A stretch of 64,000 nt of DNA from the NCBI RefSeq assembly GCF_006345805.1, contig NC_043002.1, positions 35,030,001 through 35,094,000 on the forward strand, written 5' to 3'. The DNA comes from Octopus sinensis (Eukaryota). The stretch's first letter is position 1. Every line of letters starts with the position of its first letter. The position numbers and the translations under genes are program-made. Under the pieces are notes generated by a model. It saw nothing but the letters and a program-made list of their open reading frames with translations, made no database searches and was not told the origin of the DNA. This document shows, piece by piece, positions 13,223 through 22,712 of this stretch.

Positions 13223-16200
13223 ATGATGGGCCAAAGTCCCTCCGCAGACCAACCAAATATCTTGGGAAATCACACTACAGCTAACACCACGGCAAATCAA
13301 ACCAGTATCGAATCGGATAATTCGCACACTGAGCTGAAAGCCCAGCTACAATGCGATGGCAAAGGCATGAAGACTTGTTTAGAACTGGTCTTATCGATGA
13401 AAAATGGTAAATCTGCCAATGTGGAACCATCAACGGATACCGATGAACAAAAGCAGTCAAAACAGAAAGGTGAAAATTGGGTCAAAGAAACTGATTCTAA
13501 TCATGGCCCAGATGCTAAATCAACAGAGGAGCAGCAACAGCAGCAATCAGTGGCTTCAAAGACTTCATCACCAAACAGTTGTGAGAAGGAAGCAACAGAT
13601 ATGAAACTTGGAAAATCTGATTCAGCTAATAACCAGAACAAACCAAAGTTTTCAGATGATACCAAAAGACTTGTGTTCAATAAAAATGCTAATCTACATG
13701 ATGCAATTGGGGCTCTAATACGTAACTGTATTACAGAAACAAGCTTTCCACATGACGATGTCCAAGATAACCAACTGGAGAACAGACAAAATAAAGAAGT
13801 GTCTTCTGCTGGCATCTTGCCAGAAAAAAAGATTTCAATGAATGCTTCCTCTTATAAAAATTATGAATCAAATGTTGACAATTCCTGGAAATCTTCAGGC
13901 AGCTATTATACTGACCATGGCCAGTCTGTGTCTGCTGGAAACAGACATGGACAGGATTTTGAATGCATCGAAACTGTTGCTCCAACTTCCAAGTCTTGGA
14001 GGGGTTCTGGTGAGATTGCCCGGAATGGCAGCCAACCCTCAAAACCGATATCAATCTCTCCAAGATCTGACATGATACATAAAGAAAAAATATATTCTTC
14101 AACAGAGACATCTGTAAAAACTTGTGGATCTCACGCAATAAATACCAGTGGACAAAGTGTTGTCCAGTTACAGGCATTCATTGATAAATGTCTTGAAAAT
14201 ACATGGCAACAACAAAAAGTAGGTGTCAGTGAAAAGTTAAATGTTATCGGTAAAGGTCAGTTTTCTTACAACAACAACGAGCAGCTGGGAGATCAATCCC
14301 AGCTTCACACTTCAAATGGCCATCCAGAAGAAATTTGTTATCCAGCAGACAGAAACCACCATTCACAGCAACTTTACCACCAAAACACACAGTCTGCTTT
14401 AGGATACTTTACTGATCGCAATGGACTTGATCCTACTCTGAGGAAAGACATAAATGATGGAAAATATATTAATCCGTATCAACTTAACCAGAAAAATGTT
14501 ATGGAAAGTGTGCGGCAACAACAGCAACAACAACATTACTATTCCACAAATGAAATGTCCGCTATTGCACCTCTTAGTCATTCTTACCCCAATATGGCTA
14601 ACCAAATTCATTCTGGTTCAGTTAAACAAAACCAACACAATACCAGTGATGGATTTGAGAGTGCTTTTGATGCCAAGGAGCTGATAAATAAAATATCATG
14701 TCAAGCAAGGGCTATCAATAAGTTTTTCAGCAACTCTGGTGAACCAACTGAACTATCTTACCACCATCCTGCTAAGATGGCTCCCCATTTAGCTATGAAA
14801 GTAGTTGATTCCCATGTTGACTATGCAAATAAAAACCGAGGTATGCACTCCCCAGCTAGTAGTCCATCTCAGGGGATGAACCGAAGTCAAGAGAACCCAG
14901 TAGCTAGTCTGCAGAATCACAAGCAACGGATCATCTCTGAAGAACGTAGTGCTAGTTTTGTTGAACGGTTGAATCATGCTACAGTTGGTAAAGAACAGCC
15001 TGCTATTCTATCACCCTACCGACAATCTAAAGAAGACTCTACTAATTTAACTGATAATCAACAAAGAATTGCTCGCATGCACAGTGGACATTCCAGTTCT
15101 GATCTAATGCTTAGAGGAGCACAATCTCATTCACTACCTGTGTATGGTGCAAAAGATCATGCAGCTGAACGTTTGGCATATTATCAAACATCTCCAGTTA
15201 TTACACCCTCAACAAATAATAATAACAGTGGTGTTAGTGGCAGTCATTCTTCTAGTGTTAATACCCAGTCAAAATCAATGGAACGGATCCTGCCATTATC
15301 AGCACAACAAACTCCATACATGCACACACCTACAGGTGTGATAAAATGGGATGACCCTGTTGGTCTGAATGCACGTTATCATCAGATCTCCCCTTCAGCT
15401 GGACAGAATGTCAAAATGAGGACTGGTGTCCATGGTCTTCCGAGTCCACAAGAGGGAGATTATATGAATGGAGTTTCCATTTCAAAAACTCATTCGCCTC
15501 GCACTCATTCTAATTCATCACAACTTGGGGGTATGGTCACATCTCCTTTCCTGTCTTCATCTTCAACCCCATTAATTCCCCAGAAAGACAATCCTAACCC
15601 CATTTCCACCAACACTAAGCTACCATCTCTTTATGTTGATACTTTAAATAATACTGCTGCAGCAAATACCTCAGCTCTACGTTCAGCAAATCCTGCAGGC
15701 ACATCAGTTCCACAGCGAAGACATACTGTTTCTGATATTGCAAACTATTCTTCCGAGCCTACTAAACTAGCTTCTACTAGCTTGCGGCCTCTGTCAGCAC
15801 CTGATGTTGCTGTCATCTCATCCAACTCTTTAGCAATTCCTGGTATTCCACATGCTACACGAACTGAGCCAGAGAATGTACTTGACCTCTCGGTGAAGTG
15901 CAAGGCTCCTAATGCATTGGAAAGTTCTGCACCCAATGCCAACCTTCCGGCTGTTTCTGCTGTTGCTAGTGCAACTTCTAATTCCCAGTCTGTTTCCAAT
16001 CAAGACCATCCCCTTGATTTATCCAAAAAGAAATCTGAGGAACAGCTGTATATGGTGGGAAGTGGTAAAGGAAGAGAGATGGTCTCTCCAGGAGGTAGTT
16101 TCCATCCTGGGACAGTAGGGAAATCCGTTCCAGCTAATATTTTATTGAAACATTTAGAGTACAGTGTACAGAAGTATTGTAGTAATATTGGTAACTCAAG

Positions 16201-18358
16201 TGGGGAGAGAATTACTACTGCAGCTACACAGCATTCCCTACACCATCCAGTACAACAGCAACATCAACAACAACCATCACCAAGTCAATCTCAGCATTAT
16301 CCACTCCACCCACACCACCAACAGCAGCAGCAGCAGCAACAACAACAACAAAGTCCGCACACACAACACTTACATCTTGGTTATCAAAAGCAAGCACTGG
16401 CTTCTCCACAAATGATGCTATTGTCTCAGCAATCCCGTAACGCAGACATGGTGTTACACCCTCAAGGTCAATATATCGGACGTAAAGACTTGCAACAGCA
16501 CAATTACCTGAGTCCAGATGGTTCTAGGCACCCCTCACAACAGACATACCCAGTTTTCCGACAGCCTACACTTCCAGCTCTTTCTACAAAAGCTGTATCT
16601 CATATATCCCAGCAGCAGCAACAGCAACAACAACAGCAGCAACTACAACAGCAGCAACAACAGCAGCAACTACAACAGCACCATCCACAGCAACAGCAAC
16701 AGACTTCTCAATTACAACAACAGCAACAGCAATCTCAGTTACGGCACCAACCACCACAACAGTCTCAACAACAACAGCAACAGCAACAACAAACCCACCT
16801 CACTAACACTCAGCAACAACAAAATGTTGTTGTCCATCAAACCCAATCAACTAACGCAGCTTCACACAATGTCAGTGCCTACACAACCCAAGACTCACCT
16901 CAAAGATCTGCCAAAACTTTTGGCACTACTAATGATAAATCAGATACTAACAGTTCCAAGAAACATGATATCTCCAAGCATGAACCAGTTCAAAATTTAC
17001 TTGGCAGTCATGCCCCTGATGATGTTCTTTATCTTATCTGTAAGTTATGTGGTCAGACTTATGGGAGTCCGTACAGTTTTAGGAAACATTTCCGCAACCA
17101 GCATGGTTTTGAACCTCGTCCCCACCACACAGTAGTCCAGTCAATATCTGCTACCATATCATTATTAAAAAGTAAACCTTCCGATGGCAGCACCATTGTT
17201 AAAAGTGAAGACTCACTTCAGACAAGAAATATTGATGACAGTCTTACTGATATTAAAAAGATGAGCACTGAAGACAAGAAGTTTGCCATGGAACTATCTA
17301 CCGCCAACAATTCTTCATTTAAAGAGAGTGAAGAAGATGGATTGTCTCAAAATAGAAATCTTCTTGATAGTCAAATTTCAGGTGAAGAAGAAACCAAGTT
17401 TCTTGAATGTCCTGAATGTGGTAAGCAGTTTCAACTAAATGATTTTGGATCCTATAAAAAACATTGCCGGTCTCACGAACGAAACAAACATGGTGGAGCA
17501 ATTTCAGAATATGCATTTGAAATATCGGCGCCAATGTGGAAACATAATCTACCTGCTGATACAGAGGGGAGGCAGTGTTCTTCTGTACCCACTCCTGAAA
17601 GTATATCAAAAGAACGCTGTCCATCAGACTCAGGCTCCAGTATTTCTGTTGACCGTATTCTCAGACCAAACTCTTATAGTTTTGATGCATCAAAATCAGA
17701 ATTGTCTAGCAGATCACCATCTGTTAGCTCTCAAAACGATACTGCTGATGAGAAGTTAACTCTGCTCCCTTCCGTTGTAAACATTAAACATGAAAGTGAG
17801 GAATTGTATACAGAACAATTAAGTAAACAGAGTAACTCAGAGTGGCGAAGGGTTAGCATTAAAACTGAAGGGAAATGCCATGACTCTAAAGAAACAGAAC
17901 AAACTGCTAGTGTTAGTGAAGATAATTGGTATCCATCTGACGATTCCAGCGATGAACACCGGTTAAAAATTGTTATGTCTGAGCTGGATGAGAGTAATCA
18001 TGGCGTGTCTGTGAAAAAAGAGGAGGAGGCAGACAAACTGTCTACAGATAAAGACTGCACTATTACTGTTGACTCTTCAGAAAATGTCTGTGATCAAATG
18101 AATAAATCAGAAGAGAAGGACGATAACATTGTGAACAACAGTAATTCCTCTAAAATTTCATCAGATAAAAGACAATCAGATAGTAGTGATGTAGGATGTG
18201 ACAAACAAACTGAAGATACTGACAGTGAAATGTTTACGTATCGGCATAAGAAATTTCAAAAATTTGGAACTCAGTTCAAACGAAAAGATTGTAAAACAAC
18301 TGAATCCCAAAACTCTTCTGTTGATAAAAAACGCCAGAAATTCTCTGAAGTTGGATGA
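13223..18358 (+). CDS. Uncharacterised ~1,710-aa C2H2 zinc-finger / poly-Q protein with PxDLS motifs (putative transcriptional corepressor); single giant coding exon
   Basis: Uninterrupted 5.1-kb ORF. Splice acceptor ttatgtatttttcag|GTT at 13195/13196. First ATGs at 13223 and 13226, the second in strong context (A at -3, G at +4). Stop TGA ends at 18358. C2H2 fingers CKLC..HFRNQH (17039-17104) and CPEC..HCRSH (17408-17476). VLDLS at 15878-15892, PLDLS at 16010-16024. The start could be further upstream if a coding exon splices in. Confidence 0.9.
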   Translation: MMGQSPSADQPNILGNHTTANTTANQTSIESDNSHTELKAQLQCDGKGMKTCLELVLSMKNGKSANVEPSTDTDEQKQSKQKGENWVKETDSNHGPDAKSTEEQQQQQSVASKTSSPNSCEKEATDMKLGKSDSANNQNKPKFSDDTKRLVFNKNANLHDAIGALIRNCITETSFPHDDVQDNQLENRQNKEVSSAGILPEKKISMNASSYKNYESNVDNSWKSSGSYYTDHGQSVSAGNRHGQDFECIETVAPTSKSWRGSGEIARNGSQPSKPISISPRSDMIHKEKIYSSTETSVKTCGSHAINTSGQSVVQLQAFIDKCLENTWQQQKVGVSEKLNVIGKGQFSYNNNEQLGDQSQLHTSNGHPEEICYPADRNHHSQQLYHQNTQSALGYFTDRNGLDPTLRKDINDGKYINPYQLNQKNVMESVRQQQQQQHYYSTNEMSAIAPLSHSYPNMANQIHSGSVKQNQHNTSDGFESAFDAKELINKISCQARAINKFFSNSGEPTELSYHHPAKMAPHLAMKVVDSHVDYANKNRGMHSPASSPSQGMNRSQENPVASLQNHKQRIISEERSASFVERLNHATVGKEQPAILSPYRQSKEDSTNLTDNQQRIARMHSGHSSSDLMLRGAQSHSLPVYGAKDHAAERLAYYQTSPVITPSTNNNNSGVSGSHSSSVNTQSKSMERILPLSAQQTPYMHTPTGVIKWDDPVGLNARYHQISPSAGQNVKMRTGVHGLPSPQEGDYMNGVSISKTHSPRTHSNSSQLGGMVTSPFLSSSSTPLIPQKDNPNPISTNTKLPSLYVDTLNNTAAANTSALRSANPAGTSVPQRRHTVSDIANYSSEPTKLASTSLRPLSAPDVAVISSNSLAIPGIPHATRTEPENVLDLSVKCKAPNALESSAPNANLPAVSAVASATSNSQSVSNQDHPLDLSKKKSEEQLYMVGSGKGREMVSPGGSFHPGTVGKSVPANILLKHLEYSVQKYCSNIGNSSGERITTAATQHSLHHPVQQQHQQQPSPSQSQHYPLHPHHQQQQQQQQQQQSPHTQHLHLGYQKQALASPQMMLLSQQSRNADMVLHPQGQYIGRKDLQQHNYLSPDGSRHPSQQTYPVFRQPTLPALSTKAVSHISQQQQQQQQQQQLQQQQQQQQLQQHHPQQQQQTSQLQQQQQQSQLRHQPPQQSQQQQQQQQQTHLTNTQQQQNVVVHQTQSTNAASHNVSAYTTQDSPQRSAKTFGTTNDKSDTNSSKKHDISKHEPVQNLLGSHAPDDVLYLICKLCGQTYGSPYSFRKHFRNQHGFEPRPHHTVVQSISATISLLKSKPSDGSTIVKSEDSLQTRNIDDSLTDIKKMSTEDKKFAMELSTANNSSFKESEEDGLSQNRNLLDSQISGEEETKFLECPECGKQFQLNDFGSYKKHCRSHERNKHGGAISEYAFEISAPMWKHNLPADTEGRQCSSVPTPESISKERCPSDSGSSISVDRILRPNSYSFDASKSELSSRSPSVSSQNDTADEKLTLLPSVVNIKHESEELYTEQLSKQSNSEWRRVSIKTEGKCHDSKETEQTASVSEDNWYPSDDSSDEHRLKIVMSELDESNHGVSVKKEEEADKLSTDKDCTITVDSSENVCDQMNKSEEKDDNIVNNSNSSKISSDKRQSDSSDVGCDKQTEDTDSEMFTYRHKKFQKFGTQFKRKDCKTTESQNSSVDKKRQKFSEVG
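16250..16830 (+). repeat. Coding CAG/CAA poly-glutamine tracts in the ZF protein
   Basis: Multiple interrupted (CAG/CAA)n runs translating to Q/H/P-rich tracts. Confidence 0.9.
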
Positions 18359-18992
18359 AAAGTTCTAATTCTTTAAAGAGAATTTTTGTTTTGTTTTGTT
18401 TTTTTTATTTTTTTATACCTTTGTCACTGTGAAGGTATGACAGGAATTAACAGTGAATTGGCACATTGTTTTGCCAATACTGGTTAAATAACACAATTCT
18501 AACATCAAGTGATGGAAAGACATTTGTAACCAAATTGTGATGATTATGAAGATGATGATGTTAATAATCATAATTAATGATTTGTTTGTTTTTGTTTATA
18601 CTTTTTCCCCCCCAAAAGAATTCTGCTAGAATTGATTTTCAACTACTGCCAGAGTGATTGTGTAAATCTCACCTTACATCACATTGTGAATTTGTACAAA
18701 GATTATGGTTAGATGTGGAGTTTACTGAACAGGAATATAATGAATTCCTTCTCATATTTTTAGTATTGTATCTGTTCTAAAGGTACCTTGTTGCTGATCT
18801 TCCTCCTCCTTCCTTTTCTCTCTGCTCCCAGTCTCTCTTTACTCCTTTTTTTTTATGATTTTTCTCTCCCATCCATTCCACCAGCTGCATTTTCCTCAAC
18901 TGTTTACTATAAGTTTTCTTTCTTTTTTTTTTTATCATGAGGGAAATGCTAGTTGTCTCAACATAAAGTCACCATAATTCTTTCTGAAGGGA

Positions 18993-18998
18993 AATAAA
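18993..18998 (+). promoter_or_regulatory. Candidate polyadenylation signal of the ZF gene
   Basis: AATAAA about 635 nt after the stop and before the SINE cluster; other sites are possible. Confidence 0.3.
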
Positions 18999-19227
18999 CC
19001 AGATTTACCCTGAATCATTAAATCACGACAGTCTTTTCAGTTTTCAATAATGTTTTGGTGATTAGCTTTAAGAAGTTATTTTAGCAAAATGTTGAAGGGA
19101 AATGAATATAATTTTGAACCAAACAAATAAGAGAAATATTTTTCTTAGAGCAAAAGACATCAGCATTTTCAGGTGCATTCTTTTCTTTTTAGACATGTAA
19201 ATTATTATTTATATTATTATAGCTAAC

Positions 19228-19657
19228 GTGATGAGTTGGCAGAATCATTAGAGCAGAAGAAAAAGAGCTTTGTTCCAGCGCTTTACATTCTCAGTTCAAA
19301 TTCTACTGAAGCCATGTTTGCCTTTCATCCTGTCAGGATTAATAAAATAAAGTACCAATCAGATACTGGGATCAATGGTATCAACTACTCTCCTTTCCCT
19401 CAAAACTACTAGGTTTGTGCTAACATTTGAAACTATTATTATTATTATTATTATTATTATATAGGGTGGCAAACTTGCAGAATTGTTAGCATGTCAGGCA
19501 AAATGCTTAGCGGACTTTACATTCTGAGTTCAAATTCCACTGAGGTCGACTTCTTCCAGGGTCAATAAAATAAGTACCAGTTAAATACTGGAGTCGATGT
19601 ACCCCTTCCCCAAAAATTTCAGGCCTTGTACCTATAGAAAAAAGAATTATTATTATA
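19228..19657 (+). mobile_element. Two head-to-tail SINE family B copies separated by (TAT)n
   Basis: Copies at about 19228-19460 and 19463-19657, each ending in ATT repeats. Confidence 0.8.
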
Positions 19658-19955
19658 TGAAAACTCACAGCTTATTTTTCTGGGCATGGTGGTAAGTGTC
19701 AGCTGTCCACAGCCAGCAGACTAAGGTGACACTTGTTTACTGGTCATGCTTCAAGAACCCTGCGAAGAATTCTTGCAGTTCCAAGAAATGCTGATTTTTG
19801 TAGGTGTTCTACCTTCACACTTGCACCAATTTTTTTCAGCCATGTTGGTAACTGAGTGCTGATACTTCCAAGTGTGCCAATTACTATTGGTACCACAGCT
19901 ACTCTCTTCATTGACCACAACCTTCGTATTTCCCACTTTAAATCATCATAGTTTT
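19650..19955 (-). mobile_element. R4/Dong-like non-LTR retrotransposon 3' end (restriction-like endonuclease tail)
   Basis: YDDLKWEIRRLWSMKRVAVVPIVIGTLGS...HLQKSAFLGTARILRRVLEA*, then a short 3' UTR ending at a (TAA)n tract. Confidence 0.8.
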
Positions 19956-19956
19956 C

Positions 19957-20151
19957 TTTTCTTTTACTTGTTTCAGTCATTTGACTGCGGCCATGCTGGA
20001 GCACCGCCTTTAGTCAAGCAAATCGCCCCCAGGACTTATTCTTTGTAAGCCCAGTACTTATTCTGTCAGTCTCTTTTGCCGAACTGCTAAGTGACGGAGA
20101 CGTAAACACACCAGCATCGGTTGTCAAGTAATGCTAGGGGGACAAACACAT

Positions 20152-20225
<74 letters not shown>

Positions 20226-20387
20226 GACAGGCTTCTTTCAGTTTCCGTCTACCAAATCCACTCACAAGGCATTGGTCGGCCCGGAGCTATAGCAGAAGAC
20301 AGTTGCCCAAGATGCCACGCAGTGGGACTGAACCCGGAACCATGTGGTTGGTTAGCAAGCTACTTACCACACAGCCACTCCTGCGCC
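19957..20387 (-). mobile_element. SINE family A
   Basis: Reverse complement of the 8162 copy; internal (CA)n(TA)n. Confidence 0.9.
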
Positions 20388-20439
20388 TATTGTTTATTTT
20401 TTTCTTCTTTCACAATGCTGACAATTACAGACCAATTGT

Positions 20440-20645
20440 TGTCATTATTACTATTATACACTCAACAGATTACATTGTTGGAAAAGAAAAGAATCCTAAC
20501 ATCGGGCTACAACAAGTCACCTTAGATGCCAAGAACCCTCCTAAGTATCCTAGCTTCTGCAACTGTACTAAACTGGGTTTTATGCCTATTTCCTCTATCT
20601 GTCTGTTCAGATCTTTAGGGACAGTTCCCAATGCACCTATACTTT
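20440..20645 (-). mobile_element. Second, distinct R4/Dong-like 3' fragment
   Basis: IGALGTVPKDLNRQIEEIGIKPSLVQLQK; also ends near a degenerate TAA tract. Confidence 0.65.
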
Positions 20646-20656
20646 TTTTTTTATTC

Positions 20657-21260
20657 AGGTGGTGAACTGACAAAATCATTAGCACACCAGGCAAAATTCT
20701 TAGTAACTTTTCAGCCATCTTTACAGTCTGAGTTCAAATTTCACCATGGTTAATTTTGCCTTTCATCCTTTCGGGGTCAATAAAATAAGTACCAGCCAAG
20801 TACTGGAGTCAATGTAATTGACTGTCCCCTACCCTCAAAATTTCAGGCCTTGTGCCTATTTTAGAAAGGATTATTATTATTCTTCCATGTAGATCAACTT
20901 TGCTTTTCATCCTTTTGAGGTTAATGAAATTAGTAGCATTTGAGCACTAGGGTAGATGTAATTGACTTGATCCTTCCCCAAAATTTCAGAAATTATTATT
21001 ATAATTTAAGGCAGCTTGCTGGCAGAATGTGGTCAGTGGTATCAACTAACTCCCTCCTCTCAATTAGTTTTTGGCCTAAATTACGAACAATATTTTTGCT
21101 GCTGCTGTTGTTAGAATCAGTGGAGTGCTGACAAAATGACATGCCATAATTAAATGTCTTTTTCTTTTCTGAGTTCAAATACTCCTAGTGTCAATGAAAT
21201 AAGTTACCAGTCAAGTACTGGGGTTGATTTAATCAGTTATACCCACCCCATGGTTTATCA
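20657..21260 (+). mobile_element. Cluster of 3-4 SINE family B copies/fragments
   Basis: Repeated ctgagttcaaat / taaaataagtaccag / gtaattgact motifs. Confidence 0.7.
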
Positions 21261-22529
21261 CATTGTGCTCCTACAATAGTTATGGTTCTGTTGTAGGATC
21301 ACTGTTTAAGATTCTAACATCAGTTGGTACATAGAGAAAAAAGTATAAAGTGAACTCATTCTGGAAGTGAAGATAGAAAGTTCTACATTTTGATAAGACA
21401 GCATATAATCACCTGAATGGCAAAGCATACCACATAGTATTGAGTAAGTTTTGTTGTGTGGTATACAAACATCTATACAGACATGCCAAACACACCATAT
21501 TCACCACAGACACACACACATAACATGCATGCACATGGTTCCACAAAGTAAGCAAACGTAACAGAAGTAATACAGAAATTAAGGTTGAAATATCTATCAA
21601 GGATGATGTCAATTTGTCATTCAGTCAGTGAGGCAAACACATAGCAATATCATTTTAAAATGAGACAAGGACAATAACAATGTAGGTACAGGAGGTGGGG
21701 GACAGTGAAACTCTTAAATTGATTAAGCAAATCTTGAAAATTTTCACAAACTATTAACTACATATGTTAGTCATTGGCATACAATGTTGAAGAAAAAATG
21801 CCATATTTGTAGTTAAACAACTGCAAGAGAATTTCTTAACTAAGAAAAAAAAGAAATCACTCTAATTTATAATTGTTCATCAAGAGATGCCTTCACACAG
21901 CTTCCATTGCTCTAAAGTTCTGTGAATTCTTCAAAATATTTATAGAATTAAGTCACACACTTGGCAGTAAATTTTAGTAAAGAATTTACTGTTTTGCAAT
22001 ATGATAACAGATTTTGTCCTCAGCTTTGTCTGTTCTTCGTAATTTTTTAATTAATTTCAGGATTGGCTCTCCCTCACGTAAGGAATATCATCACAGAAAC
22101 AGTTCGAAACTTGCAAGAATGATCCAGAATTCAAAGATGAACATAACAAAGAACAAAGTAACTATTAATAACAATGGCCTTAATATCCCAGTGGCATCTG
22201 GGATGTTGTGGATTGTGTACATTAAAAATGTGGTAGAATTTCTGACAGACTGATTGAGATCTAGGAGTTCAAATGAGACAAACAGATTTAATTGTAAGAG
22301 TGTCCATAAAATGAAGCGACAGTGGCTCACTAGATATAACTGGTAGTGTCTGCTATTAGGTAATCTTATTAGTATGGAAACTGTTTAGTTGTTTAGAAAG
22401 GAATTTCTCTAAAGGACAGTCTATAAAGCATGTGTAGAATTTGTGATACTATATGGTAGAGAGACAAGTTACATTAAATGTAAGAAGATCTGGTGAGAAA
22501 CGAAATATGATAGCTGTGTAATATTAACC

Positions 22530-22712
22530 AACATGAAGGCAGAATGGTTAGTATGCTGGGCAAAATGCTTAGCAGCCTCTCATCTGTCTACGTTTTGAGT
22601 TTGTATTCGGCCAGGGTTGACTTTGCCTTTTGTCCTTTCGGAGTCGATGTAATCGACCTACTACCCCACCCCCCGAAAGTGCTGGCCTTGTGCCAAAATT
22701 TGAAACCAATAT
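22530..22712 (+). mobile_element. SINE family B
   Basis: ggcagaatggttag...caaaatgcttagc...gtcgatgtaatcgac...aatttgaaacc. Confidence 0.75.

Noticed and set aside
13297-17759. Numerous short ORFs overlapping the ZF exon in other frames and strands
   Set aside because: Shadow frames of a real CDS, including the poly-N/S frame 16518-17135 produced by CAG/CAA repeats.
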